Shown here one piece after another: positions 20,113 to 30,318 of a stretch of 48,865 nt of DNA. Positions within the stretch are counted from its first letter, which is position 1, and each line of letters begins with the position of its first letter. This stretch comes from Candidatus Methanomethylicia archaeon. GTDB taxonomy: Archaea; Thermoproteota; Methanomethylicia; Nezhaarchaeales; B40-G2. The notes under the pieces were generated by a model. It was given only the letters and a program-made list of their open reading frames with translations, was not told the DNA's origin and made no database searches. Where the stretch lies: the NCBI GenBank assembly GCA_029259155.1, contig JAPDJI010000018.1:1-48865 (forward strand), given 5' to 3'. The position numbers were made by a program, and so were the translations under genes.

Positions 20113-20433
20113 ATGCGTGCGCCTACCTATGTGTCTTCTTGACGCGGAGAGAGTTAACGCAGCTGGGTATTTAAGATTTAACTTTATTTAGGCACGGAGG
20201 GTTTCGGATAGCAGGCGCTTAACTGTCTTCGTTGCTTAACCTTAAAGTCGCGTCAGCTCAGCCTAGCTGATCCTTACATAACTCTCTTGAGGTTTAACGC
20301 GTCATTAAGTTCCTTAACGTCTCCAATAGCAATTTAAGGCTTGTCCTAATCGATGTTACGCATGGCTTTATGGAGTACATCTCGTTAAGTCAAAAAACCT
20401 TGTTGCTAAGTACAGAGTATAGTATCCATATAG

Positions 20434-20685
20434 CTATGGAGGGACTTTACATCGGTAGTCGTCGGTCGAGAAAACTTGTTTCAGTAGTTCCTCGCAGTCT
20501 TTAGCTAAGTGGCTTAATATGCGTAGGTGTTTATGTAATGCATCCATTAACTTCGCTAAGCTCAACGTTGATACTTCGTCTACCTCTAAGCCCCTCCTGA
20601 TCTCCTTTAATGCCTCAGCCAGGCTGTTAGCCGATTCAGTTAAAGCTTTACCTATGACCTCGAGTAACTTGGCCAGCCTGTTCAT
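20434..20685 (-). CDS. Small helical hypothetical protein downstream of CooC-like gene
   Basis: 83-aa ORF overlapping the cooC stop (ATGA), preceded by GGAGGT SD. Confidence 0.55.
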   Translation of the reverse strand: MNRLAKLLEVIGKALTESANSLAEALKEIRRGLEVDEVSTLSLAKLMDALHKHLRILSHLAKDCEELLKQVFSTDDYRCKVPP

Positions 20686-21440
20686 TTACCTCCAGCCTTT
20701 AGGCTCAGGGTGGTTAACAGTTCATTAACTAGCCTCCTTGAATCCATGGCTGCTGGACCTGCCTTTAGCGGGCCTCCTTGAAGCGACGACCAATATATTA
20801 ATGGATCAAACCTCACTAGGCCCATAACCTTGAAGCCGAGCCCTTGAAACCTATTAGTTATACTTGAGCCCTCCATGTAGGTCTTATTTACAACAACTAT
20901 GAAGTTTGGTATACCTAGCTCAGCGCACATCCTTTCAATCCTAACAGCAAGCTCCACGTTCTCCTGAGCGCCATCAGCTACGAAAAGCGCTAAGTCAATT
21001 AGGCCTCCACTTAACCCCCTACCTAGGAACTCGACGCTAGACCCTGTATCGATTATGACAGGTTCCTTGAAGCTATCTTTAAGGCTTCTAAGGAGGCTTA
21101 GCGCAGCTAAATGAATAGGACATGCACAGCCCTCACCTCCAACCATCAATTTCCCTGCCTGGATCAACGTTATTCCATCACTTGACTTTATCAAGCAGCC
21201 ACATAGCGGAATTACTCGTCGCAGGACGCCATGTACTACCTTATAAACCTCCTCAGAGCCACCCATAGCTTCAATTAGCCACGCAGGCTCAGGTACACCT
21301 AATAGCTTAGTGATGCCTCGATTAGACTCATCCGCGTCTATGATGAGCGGCTTAAAGCCTATCTTAGCCAATTCACGAGCCAAAAGTACCGATAAAGTAG
21401 TTCTACCACACCCCCCTCTACCTAACATCAAAACTCTCAA
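20682..21440 (-). CDS. CooC/AcsF-like nickel-insertion ATPase (MinD class) with atypical P-loop
   Basis: GRGGCGRTT, IDADESN, GEGCACP (CXC), DTGSSVEFLGRG, VVNK. Confidence 0.8.
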   Translation of the reverse strand: MRVLMLGRGGCGRTTLSVLLARELAKIGFKPLIIDADESNRGITKLLGVPEPAWLIEAMGGSEEVYKVVHGVLRRVIPLCGCLIKSSDGITLIQAGKLMVGGEGCACPIHLAALSLLRSLKDSFKEPVIIDTGSSVEFLGRGLSGGLIDLALFVADGAQENVELAVRIERMCAELGIPNFIVVVNKTYMEGSSITNRFQGLGFKVMGLVRFDPLIYWSSLQGGPLKAGPAAMDSRRLVNELLTTLSLKAGGK

Positions 21441-21480
21441 GCAAACACCTCAAGGTTCCAAGAATTGAGGAAGTATAAAA

Positions 21481-21507
21481 GTGTTACTAAAAAATTTTTA
21501 GTAACAC
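21481..21507. promoter_or_regulatory. Perfect palindromic operator GTGTTAC-N13-GTAACAC (NikR-like)
   Basis: gtgttactaaaaa-a-tttttagtaacac: 13-bp arms, 40 bp upstream of the cooC-like start. Confidence 0.65.
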
Positions 21508-21707
21508 ATATGTGACGTCGCATACGATTGCAACGTGGCCTAGAAGGCCTTAGAACTCAACATAGCTCAAGGCCACTAGTTAATGTTACACGTAGCGCTA
21601 TGAAATAAACCTCGATTACAGGCCTAAACATAAGAAGCTATACATTAAAGTTTAAGGCTAAGGTAAAGCCTTAAAGGCTAGCTCTACGTTAACAAGGAGG
21701 ACTAAGC

Positions 21708-22280
21708 TTGGAGAACTGGGTAGATAAGCTTAGAGTTTACTTGCTCGTCTCCTTGATCATCTTCGCCTCCTCAGCGCTGCTTGGATGTTACGTCGGCTTG
21801 GCCTATCCCGGTTTGACGGAGAACTTCGTGGAGAAACTCAGAGAAAGCTTCGCCCCCCTCTCTGATCAGGATCCTCTTCAGCTAGCTTTAATTATTCTTC
21901 TAAACAATGCTGTCAAGTGTTTAGGAGCCGTTTTACTAGGCCCTCTATTTGGGCTTGCCCCTATAGCTTTGGGAACTATAAACGGTTTTGTGCTCGGCCT
22001 TGTCTCCATAGCCGTGTCAGAAGCAAGAGGGTCGTTTTACATAGTGGTTGCCATAGCTCCTCACGGCGTCCTTGAAGTGCCAGCTATGCTGCTTAGCATA
22101 GCTATAGGGTTGAGGGAAGGCTGGTTATTGGTTAGGAAACTTAACGGAGAGAAAGTAGAGCTAAAAAGGGAGGTTAAGGCCGGGCTTAGTCTTTACGTTA
22201 AGCTGGTGTTGCCATTACTGATAGCTGCAGCCTTCACTGAGTCCTTCATAACTCCTTTACTGATGGAAATAATATTTTAA
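21708..22280 (+). CDS. SpoIIM/DUF95-like membrane protein
   Basis: Hydrophobic; ILLNN, NGFVLG, PHGVLEVPA, AAFTESFITP. Confidence 0.85.
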   Translation: MENWVDKLRVYLLVSLIIFASSALLGCYVGLAYPGLTENFVEKLRESFAPLSDQDPLQLALIILLNNAVKCLGAVLLGPLFGLAPIALGTINGFVLGLVSIAVSEARGSFYIVVAIAPHGVLEVPAMLLSIAIGLREGWLLVRKLNGEKVELKREVKAGLSLYVKLVLPLLIAAAFTESFITPLLMEIIF

Positions 22281-22284
22281 AAAT

Positions 22285-24054
22285 TTAAGGGGTAGGTTTG
22301 AGGAGCTCGTCGAACTGCTCCTCCATCTTACGCTCTATCTCGCCATAGACCTCGTTTATCTTATCGTACGGCACGATCTTCATCCTAGCGATGTCTTCCT
22401 TGATAGGTAGCCTTAACACCTTGGCTAGAGGCACCCCTTTGTCTATGGCTTCCTTCATCCTAGCATTGAATCTCAAGATGATCTTTAACATCCTGTACAT
22501 CTTTTCAGGCGAGCAGTATGAGTCAACAGGATGGTAGGCATGCTGCATTAAGTAGTCCTCCCTTATCATCCTGGCGGCTTCCAGTGTAGCTCTATCAGCT
22601 TCTGGTAGAGCGTCTGGGCCTACTAGCCTGACGATCTCTAGGAGCTCAGCTTCCTTCTGAAGAATAGCCATGGCCTCCTTTCTAACCTCAGGCCAGTCCT
22701 CAGCCGCGTTCTTCTTGAACCAGTCCTCCAACGTGTCTAAGTACAGCGAATAGCTAGTCAACCAGTTGATGGCTGGGAAGTGGCGCCTAAAGGCTAGGGC
22801 CGTGTCGAGAGCCCAGAACACCTTCACTACGCGCAGCGTATTTTGGACTACAGGCTCTGAGAAGTCTCCGCCAGGCGGTGATACAGCACCTATCACTGAA
22901 ACTGAGCCTATACGTTCACCTTTACCCAGCGTTATTACCCTGCCAGCCCTCTCATAGAACTCAGCTAGCCTAGCTCCAAGGTATGGCGGGAAGCCCTCCT
23001 CACCTGGCATCTCCTCTAAGCGGCCCGAAATCTCCCTTAAGGCTTCAGCCCAACGACTTGTGGAATCAGCCATTAAAGCTACGTCGTAGCCCTGGTCCCT
23101 GAAGTACTCGGCTATCGTTATACCTGTGTAGACGCTAGCTTCCCTGGCAGCTACAGGCATGTTGCTGGTGTTGGCTATCATCACCGTCCTCTCCATCAAG
23201 GGCCTCCCTGTCCTAGGATCGTTGAGCTTGGGGAAGCGCTCCAACATCTCAGTCATCTCGTTGCCTCGTTCACCACAACCTATGTAAACGATCACGTTGG
23301 CGTCGGCCCACTGGGCAAGTTGATGTTGGGTCACAGTCTTACCTGTCCCGAAACCACCAGGGATAGCAGCGGTCCCACCCTTAGCAAGAGGGAAGAAAGT
23401 GTCTATGATGCGTTGCCCGGTAAGCAGAGGTGTCACTGGGTCGAGTCTGACCTTATATGGCCTAGGCTCCCTTACAGGCCAGCGATGAGCCATTTTAAGC
23501 TCTACTTCTTCACCTGCATCCGTCCTAACCAGAGCGACGGTTTCATCAACCGTGAACTTTCCTTCATAGATCTCTGCTACCTCTCCCTTAACCCATGAAG
23601 GCACCAACACGCGGTGAACAATAAGCTCAGTTTCAGGTACCGTGCCTAGGATATCGCCTGGCTCCACCTTTTCTCCACGCTTAACTGTAGGAGTGAACTC
23701 CCACTTAACGTCCCTGGGTAAAGCTGGAGCTGCTGCCCCCCTCTTAACGAAGTCACCTGTCTGCTCCTTTAAGGCGGGGAGCGGTCTCTGTACACCGTCG
23801 TAAATCTGCTTTAAAATACCTGGACCAAGCTCAACTGCAAGTAGTTCTCCAGTGGCCACTACTTTGTCGCCGGGGCCTATACCTGAAGTCTCTTCGTAGA
23901 CCTGGATGTATGCCTTATCACCCTCAAGCCTAATAATCTCGCCTACGAGGTTGAGTTCACCTACCTTAACTACCTCATACATCTTAGAGCCTCTAAGGCC
24001 AGAAGCCACTACGAGTGGGCCAGCTATCCTAACTATCTTACCCACACGCTGCAA
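22285..24054 (-). CDS. atpA: A/V-type ATP synthase subunit A (no intein)
   Basis: [52 protein letters not shown]. Confidence 0.98.
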   Translation of the reverse strand: MQRVGKIVRIAGPLVVASGLRGSKMYEVVKVGELNLVGEIIRLEGDKAYIQVYEETSGIGPGDKVVATGELLAVELGPGILKQIYDGVQRPLPALKEQTGDFVKRGAAAPALPRDVKWEFTPTVKRGEKVEPGDILGTVPETELIVHRVLVPSWVKGEVAEIYEGKFTVDETVALVRTDAGEEVELKMAHRWPVREPRPYKVRLDPVTPLLTGQRIIDTFFPLAKGGTAAIPGGFGTGKTVTQHQLAQWADANVIVYIGCGERGNEMTEMLERFPKLNDPRTGRPLMERTVMIANTSNMPVAAREASVYTGITIAEYFRDQGYDVALMADSTSRWAEALREISGRLEEMPGEEGFPPYLGARLAEFYERAGRVITLGKGERIGSVSVIGAVSPPGGDFSEPVVQNTLRVVKVFWALDTALAFRRHFPAINWLTSYSLYLDTLEDWFKKNAAEDWPEVRKEAMAILQKEAELLEIVRLVGPDALPEADRATLEAARMIREDYLMQHAYHPVDSYCSPEKMYRMLKIILRFNARMKEAIDKGVPLAKVLRLPIKEDIARMKIVPYDKINEVYGEIERKMEEQFDELLKPTP

Positions 24055-24060
24055 GCGCGC

Positions 24061-24378
24061 TCACCCCACGCTAACTTCCACTCCAATCGCCCTTCTCAAG
24101 AGCTCCCTTATAGGGTCTTCCCTCTCCTCTACAGCCCCTGACTTGCTGGGAACCTCAACGATAGCAGGGCGAGGCCTAAGGTAGAGTTCTTGGAGAAGAC
24201 TCGGAGCCTTAGAGGCTACGTCCTCAGTGATTATGACAACCGCAACCTCCTCATCCCTCGCCGCCTCCTTAAGAGCAGCTTCGACCTCTTCAGGCGTCTT
24301 AGCTACTTTACCTTCTGAGACCCCGGCTAGCTTAAAGCCAGCTACTGCGTCTTCATCTCCTATCGCAACTATCTTCAA
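24061..24378 (-). CDS. atpF: A/V-type ATP synthase subunit F
   Basis: KIVAIGDEDAVAGFKLAG...IRELLRRAIG; TTG start after GAGGTG. Confidence 0.92.
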   Translation of the reverse strand: MKIVAIGDEDAVAGFKLAGVSEGKVAKTPEEVEAALKEAARDEEVAVVIITEDVASKAPSLLQELYLRPRPAIVEVPSKSGAVEEREDPIRELLRRAIGVEVSVG

Positions 24379-24388
24379 CTCCTCCACC

Positions 24389-25003
24389 TCAAGCAAAGAG
24401 TATTTTAGCCGCTGTTAGCCGTAGAGCGCTCTCCTGTCTCCTCACTCTAGACTCCAAGGTATTATCGTAAATGAAGCTTCCATCCCTCGTAGATACTACA
24501 GCCCCTCCCATGCACTGCACTTTAACTTCTGATAGCTGGATCTTAGTATCCACGCCCGTCTTCTCCTTGACCCTCTTAGCAATGCCTTCAAGGTCTAAGC
24601 TTAACTTAGCGTCCCTTTCATTAAGTTGTACAAGGAGGTCGCCTCCACCTATAGCTACGGCAGCCTCCTCTATGAGAGCCTCCAAGGACTTAGCGTAGTC
24701 AGGGGACCCGACTAGGCGAGCTAGCCTTTCCTTAACTTTATCTATTGCTTGGTTTATCAAAGCCTCTCTTTCCTTAAGCCAACGCTCCTTAGCTTTTATC
24801 CTAGCTTCCATCACAGCCCTCTTTACCTCCTCCTCCTTCGCCTGCCTAAACTTAGATACCTCAGCCTGCACAACCTCGTCCGCTTTCTTCTTGGCCTCCT
24901 CCTCCATGGAGGCCGCTATAGACTTAGCCTCATTTAAGATACGAGCAGCCTCTTCCTTGGCATCCCCTATGATCTTACCCACTATTTTATCTAGCGAAGA
25001 CAA
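24389..25003 (-). CDS. atpE: A/V-type ATP synthase subunit E
   Basis: N-terminal coiled coil; GGAVV...YDNTLESR. Confidence 0.92.
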   Translation of the reverse strand: MSSLDKIVGKIIGDAKEEAARILNEAKSIAASMEEEAKKKADEVVQAEVSKFRQAKEEEVKRAVMEARIKAKERWLKEREALINQAIDKVKERLARLVGSPDYAKSLEALIEEAAVAIGGGDLLVQLNERDAKLSLDLEGIAKRVKEKTGVDTKIQLSEVKVQCMGGAVVSTRDGSFIYDNTLESRVRRQESALRLTAAKILFA

Positions 25004-25006
25004 GAA

Positions 25007-25321
25007 CTACGCACCTCCTGGGAGGACGAGTTTCAAGAGTTCCTCCACGGCTTTATCCATGTTCCTCGAAGCAGCTTCCTTAAATTTAGAAACCTTAGCC
25101 TCGAGCTCCTCCTCGACCGCTTTAACCTCCTCCTTCATCTTAGCTTCAAGCTCACTGGCTACCCTCTTCTTAGCCTCCTCAACTTCCTTAGCTACATCCA
25201 CCTTCAAGCCTTCAGCTTTACGTTTAATCTCTTCAGCTTCTTTCTTAGCTGATTCTATGATTTTTTTAGCTTCCTCTTCAGCCTCCAAGACTTTACGTAT
25301 CTCTTCAACCAAGCCTACCAA
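25007..25321 (-). CDS. A/V-type ATP synthase subunit H/G (peripheral stalk)
   Basis: Charged coiled coil (EAEEEAKKIIESAKKEA), first gene of the H-E-F-A operon. Confidence 0.8.
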   Translation of the reverse strand: MVGLVEEIRKVLEAEEEAKKIIESAKKEAEEIKRKAEGLKVDVAKEVEEAKKRVASELEAKMKEEVKAVEEELEAKVSKFKEAASRNMDKAVEELLKLVLPGGA

Positions 25322-25403
25322 GGTAAAGAGACCTCCGCTAAACTGTTTCTACTCTTTGGAGCGTTTAAAGCTAGGAGAATTAGGATTTAAAGCTTCTTGC
25401 AAG

Positions 25404-27662
25404 TTAAAGCTCGTACCTATAAGCCCTTGTAATGGAGTCCCTCTCCTCAGGGGACCATAGCACTGAGGGCTTGTAGAGGGGGCTGGACCTTCCATAGTAT
25501 GTTATAGTTCTACCTGACGCCCCACACGAAGGACACCTAGTCTTAAGGCCATTGAAGGTACGTTGACACGAAGAGCAGGAGGTTAAGGCCTTATCGTATG
25601 CTAAGGCACCAACGCCATACTCCTCGAAAAGCCTACGCGTAAGGATGGTCAAGTCCTCCAGAGCGACATCGCCAATACCTAGCAGCATTACATGCCCTCC
25701 AAGCGTCAAGGAGTGGAAGACACCTTCAAGTTTCGCTCTCCTCTTCAAGGGCATGTACGTCGACCTTACGCTAGGCTGGTTCACCGTATAGTAAGGCTTC
25801 TCCCTAGAGCCCTGGAACACAAGCTTAAACTTATCAAACCTCTTCGTATCAGCAAGTGCAAACCTAGCTGAAGGATCTTCACAGGGGGCTACGGAAGCTA
25901 ACAGTCTTAGCCCAGTTTCTCCGGAGAGCTTATTCAGGTAGGTTTCAAGAGACCTTAGAACCTTCACGGCGAAAGAAGAGGCTAGCCGGCTTTCATGGGG
26001 GTACTCTCCTGTATGAGCCTTCACGGCTTCAGGTAGACCTACCATAGAAACGTTGAAGGAACATGCATCCAACCTTAAGTAGTAGCCGTCTTCAAAGGGA
26101 GAGGATAACATGGGTAGTAGCCCTTCAGATAAGCCCTCGGCAATGGAGTCGCGCTTAACAAGGAAGGCGTTGACAGCGGTTTCTACGCGATCCCAGAGCC
26201 CTTCCATGAAAAGCTCGTCGCTACCTCCAGCCTCATAAGCTAGCCTAGGCACGTTTACAGCCACCTCACCCATACATCCAGCCCTAAGAGTATCAAGCTC
26301 CCAGTCCCCCCTCCACTCTGAGCCTAACCTAGAGAATAACGCGGAGTAGCTTGCTCCTTCACCCTGCCACCCTACAGTTAAGTTGACGAAACAGGGAATA
26401 CCCCATCTGGCACAGGCTTCATGAGCTTTACGGAAAAGCTCCTCAGCCCTAGAACTCAGGTGAAGAGATCTAAGAGCTACTATTACCTGAGGGGTTACGT
26501 AAACTCCGCCTTCAGGAGACCCCTCCATCAATAAGTTCAGTAAAGCCTCAACTATTAGCTGAGCTTCCTCTTCATACTCTCCATACAGATCTCCCTGAGG
26601 AGACTCTAAAGCTGAAAGGCCTCTAGGTATGGTGAACTCAATGCCTAAGGAGGCCGCTGGTCCTAGATGTCGTCTATAGCCATAGGCCCAGTTAAGCTCA
26701 TTGATGAAGTAGGAGAGCTCTTCCTTCACTTCCTCTAGGCTTAATCCCCTAACAAAGGGGGCTAAGATCACATTGAAAAACTCCACTCCCTGACCAACGC
26801 CTATATGGCTTTCAAAGGCTCTAAGAAGCTTTACAAGAGCTCTAAGCACCCTTCCCAATCTTACCTCCTTGGTGAAGGATAGTCTGCTTAAGCGTAAAAG
26901 GGCTCTAAGGTCATGATGTAGGCTACCAACCCTAAGTGCCCAGCCTGGGAGATCACAGACATGGATGGAGCCTGATAAATGGGCGTCAGCTACATGTCTA
27001 GGCAACACCTTAAGTAAGGTGTATTCCGCTAAGATAGCCTCGCCAGCCCTTCTATACAGGTATTCAGGGCAGGAAAGACGGGAGGAAAACTTAACCAGGT
27101 TGGCGACGTCATGTACTGGAAGCCCAAGCCTAGTCAAGCTATGCCTATAGTCTTCAAAGCCTCTCTCTATCAAGATGGTGTTTACAAGCTCACGGATTAA
27201 AGGAGCGGTGAGGTACTTCACGTTTAACCTTAGAATCCTCTCCTCAGCTTCCCTTGCTATGTCAGCTGCTAATCTCCTAGGGACATTCGCTTCCCTTTCG
27301 AGAGCTTCAGCTATCTTGTTCCTATTGAAAGGCTCCATCTGAAGCCTAGAAGTCCTAACTACCAGCGATCTCGCTCCGCCAGCGGTATCCTCTAACGTCG
27401 AGATGAGGTCAGCTATATGTCGACCTAGCTCCGTCAGTTCATATTTCTTCGCTGAAGGATTGAGCCTGACCACCCCTTCATCTATGAGCCTTCTAAGATG
27501 ATAACCGAAGCGTCCCGTGTCAACTTTAACGTCTAGCCCTAGCCTCCTCATAAGGTCAGTGAAGGAGAGGAGGGATTCCTTAGTCAAGGATCTAACGATA
27601 TCGAGCCTGACAGGGTTGGAGAGACATGATAGTAATCTGTCTGCAGCCCTCTCTTGCTTCAT
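25404..27662 (-). CDS. ArsR-like wHTH + ATP-cone + class III ribonucleotide reductase (NrdD)-like protein, catalytic residues degenerate
   Basis: N-terminal SNPVRLDIV...GYHLRRL (wHTH); VRTSRLQMEPFNRNKI...LTAPLIRELVN (ATP cone); AHLSGSIHVCDL; C-terminal CSSC/CPSC. Confidence 0.85.
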   Translation of the reverse strand: MKQERAADRLLSCLSNPVRLDIVRSLTKESLLSFTDLMRRLGLDVKVDTGRFGYHLRRLIDEGVVRLNPSAKKYELTELGRHIADLISTLEDTAGGARSLVVRTSRLQMEPFNRNKIAEALEREANVPRRLAADIAREAEERILRLNVKYLTAPLIRELVNTILIERGFEDYRHSLTRLGLPVHDVANLVKFSSRLSCPEYLYRRAGEAILAEYTLLKVLPRHVADAHLSGSIHVCDLPGWALRVGSLHHDLRALLRLSRLSFTKEVRLGRVLRALVKLLRAFESHIGVGQGVEFFNVILAPFVRGLSLEEVKEELSYFINELNWAYGYRRHLGPAASLGIEFTIPRGLSALESPQGDLYGEYEEEAQLIVEALLNLLMEGSPEGGVYVTPQVIVALRSLHLSSRAEELFRKAHEACARWGIPCFVNLTVGWQGEGASYSALFSRLGSEWRGDWELDTLRAGCMGEVAVNVPRLAYEAGGSDELFMEGLWDRVETAVNAFLVKRDSIAEGLSEGLLPMLSSPFEDGYYLRLDACSFNVSMVGLPEAVKAHTGEYPHESRLASSFAVKVLRSLETYLNKLSGETGLRLLASVAPCEDPSARFALADTKRFDKFKLVFQGSREKPYYTVNQPSVRSTYMPLKRRAKLEGVFHSLTLGGHVMLLGIGDVALEDLTILTRRLFEEYGVGALAYDKALTSCSSCQRTFNGLKTRCPSCGASGRTITYYGRSSPLYKPSVLWSPEERDSITRAYRYEL

Positions 27663-27730
27663 CGCGATCCGCCGCTGTCTATTAGTTGTCGACGTAGGTA
27701 GATTTAGGGGTTATGACTGGCTCCGTCAAG

Positions 27731-28066
27731 CTAGTTAACGCTTCGCCATTCCTCTATAAGCCTCTCCCCTTCACTATCCTCTACCTTAAACTCCTCGTAC
27801 TTACCTTCACGCTCCGCGATCTCTTGAGCTTTCAAGTGGTAGCATTCCTTTACCTTAGACCTAGCAACCACGTTGATAAAAAAGTCGTCACATGAACAAT
27901 ACCTGCCTGGGATCACCCAATAGTCACGCCCCCTACCTACAACCACCCAATACACTCTCCCGCTGGGGATAAAGACGTATTTTTTAACCCTGCCTTGGTT
28001 AACGGCCTCTATAGCTTTCCTCAACCTCTCCTCCTTGACTTCATGGGGGATTGAGGGCACCAACAA
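27731..28066 (-). CDS. SWIM zinc-finger protein
   Basis: YCSCDDF...CYHLKA. Confidence 0.85.
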   Translation of the reverse strand: MLVPSIPHEVKEERLRKAIEAVNQGRVKKYVFIPSGRVYWVVVGRGRDYWVIPGRYCSCDDFFINVVARSKVKECYHLKAQEIAEREGKYEEFKVEDSEGERLIEEWRSVN

Positions 28067-28104
28067 ACAGATAACCTCCAGTTCTAGGTTAGTAGTGTAG
28101 AACT

Positions 28105-28896
28105 ATGCTTAAAATCGTTCCCGGAGAGCCTGCAGCGCTAATTAAGGGTAAGGAAAAGGTCTTGGTAGCGGCAGACCTACATATAGGTTTTGAGAAGGAG
28201 CTCTCTAGGATAGGCGTCAATATACCGTCACAGACCGAGAAGCTCTTCCTAAAGCTTAAGTCCCTCATCAATCGTCTAAAGCCAGATAGGGTAATATTGC
28301 TAGGCGACGTGAAACACGGGGTACCAGCAATATCAGACCAAGAATGGGCTGACCTGCCTTTATTCTTCGAGAAACTTTTAGAGTCCGGGGTATCCGTGGA
28401 GGTGGTCCCTGGAAACCACGACGGCAACCTTGAACCATTGACGCCTCGTGGCGTAGTTATCCATGACTCCAGGGGGGTTGAGGTAGAGGGTGTAGCTTTA
28501 TTACATGGACATACGTGGCCTTCCCCTAGGCTCTTAGCGTGTAAAACGATGTTGATGGGGCATAATCACTTAGTAGTTGAATTGAGAGATGGACTAGGTT
28601 TTAGGGAGGTTGTGCCTGTTTGGTTAATGGTGGAGGTCCCACCACCCTCAGCCAAGGAGTTATGCATGAAAGTAACGAGGAATAGAGAGGAGTGGAGCAG
28701 GTTGAAGATAAGTAGGCTTGTAGTTATGCCAGCCTTTAACACTTTACTTTCAGGTAAGCCCGTTAACTCTGAGGAGCGAAGTTTCCTCGGACCTATATTG
28801 GAATCAGGGTTACTGGAGCTTCAAGACTCTGAGGTTTACATGATCGACGGTACCTATATGGGAAGAGTAGGTGAAATACCTAGGCTGCCATATTAG
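28105..28896 (+). CDS. Calcineurin-like metallophosphoesterase
   Basis: ADLHIG, LGDVKH, GNHD, HGH, GHNH, MPAFN. Confidence 0.9.
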   Translation: MLKIVPGEPAALIKGKEKVLVAADLHIGFEKELSRIGVNIPSQTEKLFLKLKSLINRLKPDRVILLGDVKHGVPAISDQEWADLPLFFEKLLESGVSVEVVPGNHDGNLEPLTPRGVVIHDSRGVEVEGVALLHGHTWPSPRLLACKTMLMGHNHLVVELRDGLGFREVVPVWLMVEVPPPSAKELCMKVTRNREEWSRLKISRLVVMPAFNTLLSGKPVNSEERSFLGPILESGLLELQDSEVYMIDGTYMGRVGEIPRLPY

Positions 28897-29169
28897 CCTC
28901 TAGCAGAGTAGACCCTAAGGTTAAGCGTGAGGAAAACAAGGCGCAAACACACCGGAAGTTACCTTGCCATCCATGTAGGAGTGTAGGCTTAAATCGGTGT
29001 AAATAGGATAGACTGCTTATCGCCAACAACTATCATGTTTCGTGACCATTACTAGCAGCTTTTCATTAGCTCGTCGATCATGGGGAACTTCTAATAAAAT
29101 AGTTATCCTTAAATAACCTCGCTCGCCAGCTACGGTGAAAAACCTAGCAGGACGTAGGGGTGCAGCACG

Positions 29170-29334
29170 ACGGGGAAGTATAAGCCGCCCAAAGAACGAA
29201 AGTATGGTAAGGGCTCTAGGACCTGTAGGATCTGTGGTACTCATGAGGCTTTAATCAGGAAGTACGGGTTGCTGATCTGTAGACGATGCTTCAGAGAGGT
29301 CGCTGAGAAGTTAGGCTTTAAGAAGTATTGGTAG
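29170..29334 (+). CDS. rps14: 30S ribosomal protein uS14 (missed by ORF track; ACG start)
   Basis: Translates (M)[53 protein letters not shown]; in-frame TAG at 29155 and no ATG/GTG/TTG before the conserved N-terminus. Confidence 0.95.
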   Translation, partial: TGKYKPPKERKYGKGSRTCRICGTHEALIRKYGLLICRRCFREVAEKLGFKKYW

Positions 29335-29347
29335 AGAGGCGGTTAAC

Positions 29348-29740
29348 ATGACCATGAACGACGTGCTTTCTAACGCCCTCGCTGTAATTATGAACGGCGA
29401 GGAGGGAGGTAAGAACGAGTGCTTAGTCATCCCTGCGTCAAAGCTGGTAGCCAACGTGTTGAGAGTGTTGCTCAAGGCAGGTTACATCGGGAACTTCGAG
29501 TACATCGATGACGGGAGACAGGGTAAACTAAAGGTACAGCTTTTAGGTAGGATCAATAAGATAGGTGCCATTAAACCTAGGAGGCCGGTCAAAGTAAAGG
29601 ATTATGAAGCAGTGGAGAAGGAATACCTACCGTCTTTTAACGTTGGATTGTTGATAGTATCAACGCCCCAAGGAATTATGTCACACGTGGAAGCAAAGCA
29701 GCGTGGCCTTGGAGGAATCCTGCTAGCCTACGTTTATTAA
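29348..29740 (+). CDS. rps8: 30S ribosomal protein uS8
   Basis: [42 protein letters not shown]. Confidence 0.97.
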   Translation: MTMNDVLSNALAVIMNGEEGGKNECLVIPASKLVANVLRVLLKAGYIGNFEYIDDGRQGKLKVQLLGRINKIGAIKPRRPVKVKDYEAVEKEYLPSFNVGLLIVSTPQGIMSHVEAKQRGLGGILLAYVY

Positions 29741-29760
29741 TGGGAGAGGGGTGAAGATTT

Positions 29761-30318
29761 ACGGTCAAGCTACTCGTTATTCCTCCTCACCAAGCACAGG
29801 TCAGGATAGAGGATGATGTAGAAGTAGAGGTGGAAGGTAACGTAGTTACTGCTAAAGGCCCTCTAGGCAGCTTAACAAAGGATTTCTCTAAACATCATGT
29901 AGAGATTGAGAAAAGCGACGGAGTATTAGTGGTTAAGTCAAGAGTGAAGGGGAAGAGGGGGAAGGCACTGGTAGGAACTATCGCTGCCCACCTTGAAAAC
30001 ATGATGAAAGGTGTGAAGAAAGGTTATACCTATAAGTTAAAGATAGTTTATTCACACTTCCCCATCTCCGTGCATGTGGATAAAGATAAAGTAATCGTGG
30101 AGAACTTTAGGGGAGAGAAACGGAAACGTATCGCCAAGGTGCTTGAAGGAGTCGAGGTTAAGGTAGAGGGGGACGACATAGTCGTTAAAGGAATAGACAT
30201 AAACGCTGTAAGCCAGACCGCAGCTAATATAGAGCTGGCTGCCAAATCTAGGGGTTACGATCCAAGGGTCTTCCTGGACGGGATCTACGTTTACAGAAAG
30301 GAGGAGGGTATGGCGTGA
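29761..30318 (+). CDS. rpl6: 50S ribosomal protein uL6 (probable ACG start at 29761)
   Basis: KGPLG, HLENMMKGV, YSHFPI, DPRVFLDGIY; frame extends 23 codons upstream of the ORF start to ACG after GGGGTGA. Confidence 0.95.
   Translation, partial: TVKLLVIPPHQAQVRIEDDVEVEVEGNVVTAKGPLGSLTKDFSKHHVEIEKSDGVLVVKSRVKGKRGKALVGTIAAHLENMMKGVKKGYTYKLKIVYSHFPISVHVDKDKVIVENFRGEKRKRIAKVLEGVEVKVEGDDIVVKGIDINAVSQTAANIELAAKSRGYDPRVFLDGIYVYRKEEGMA

Noticed and set aside
1174-24054. Inteins in PolB, AtpA/AtpB or KaiC
   Set aside because: Protein lengths are normal; no intein insertions or C-terminal HN-C/S/T junctions
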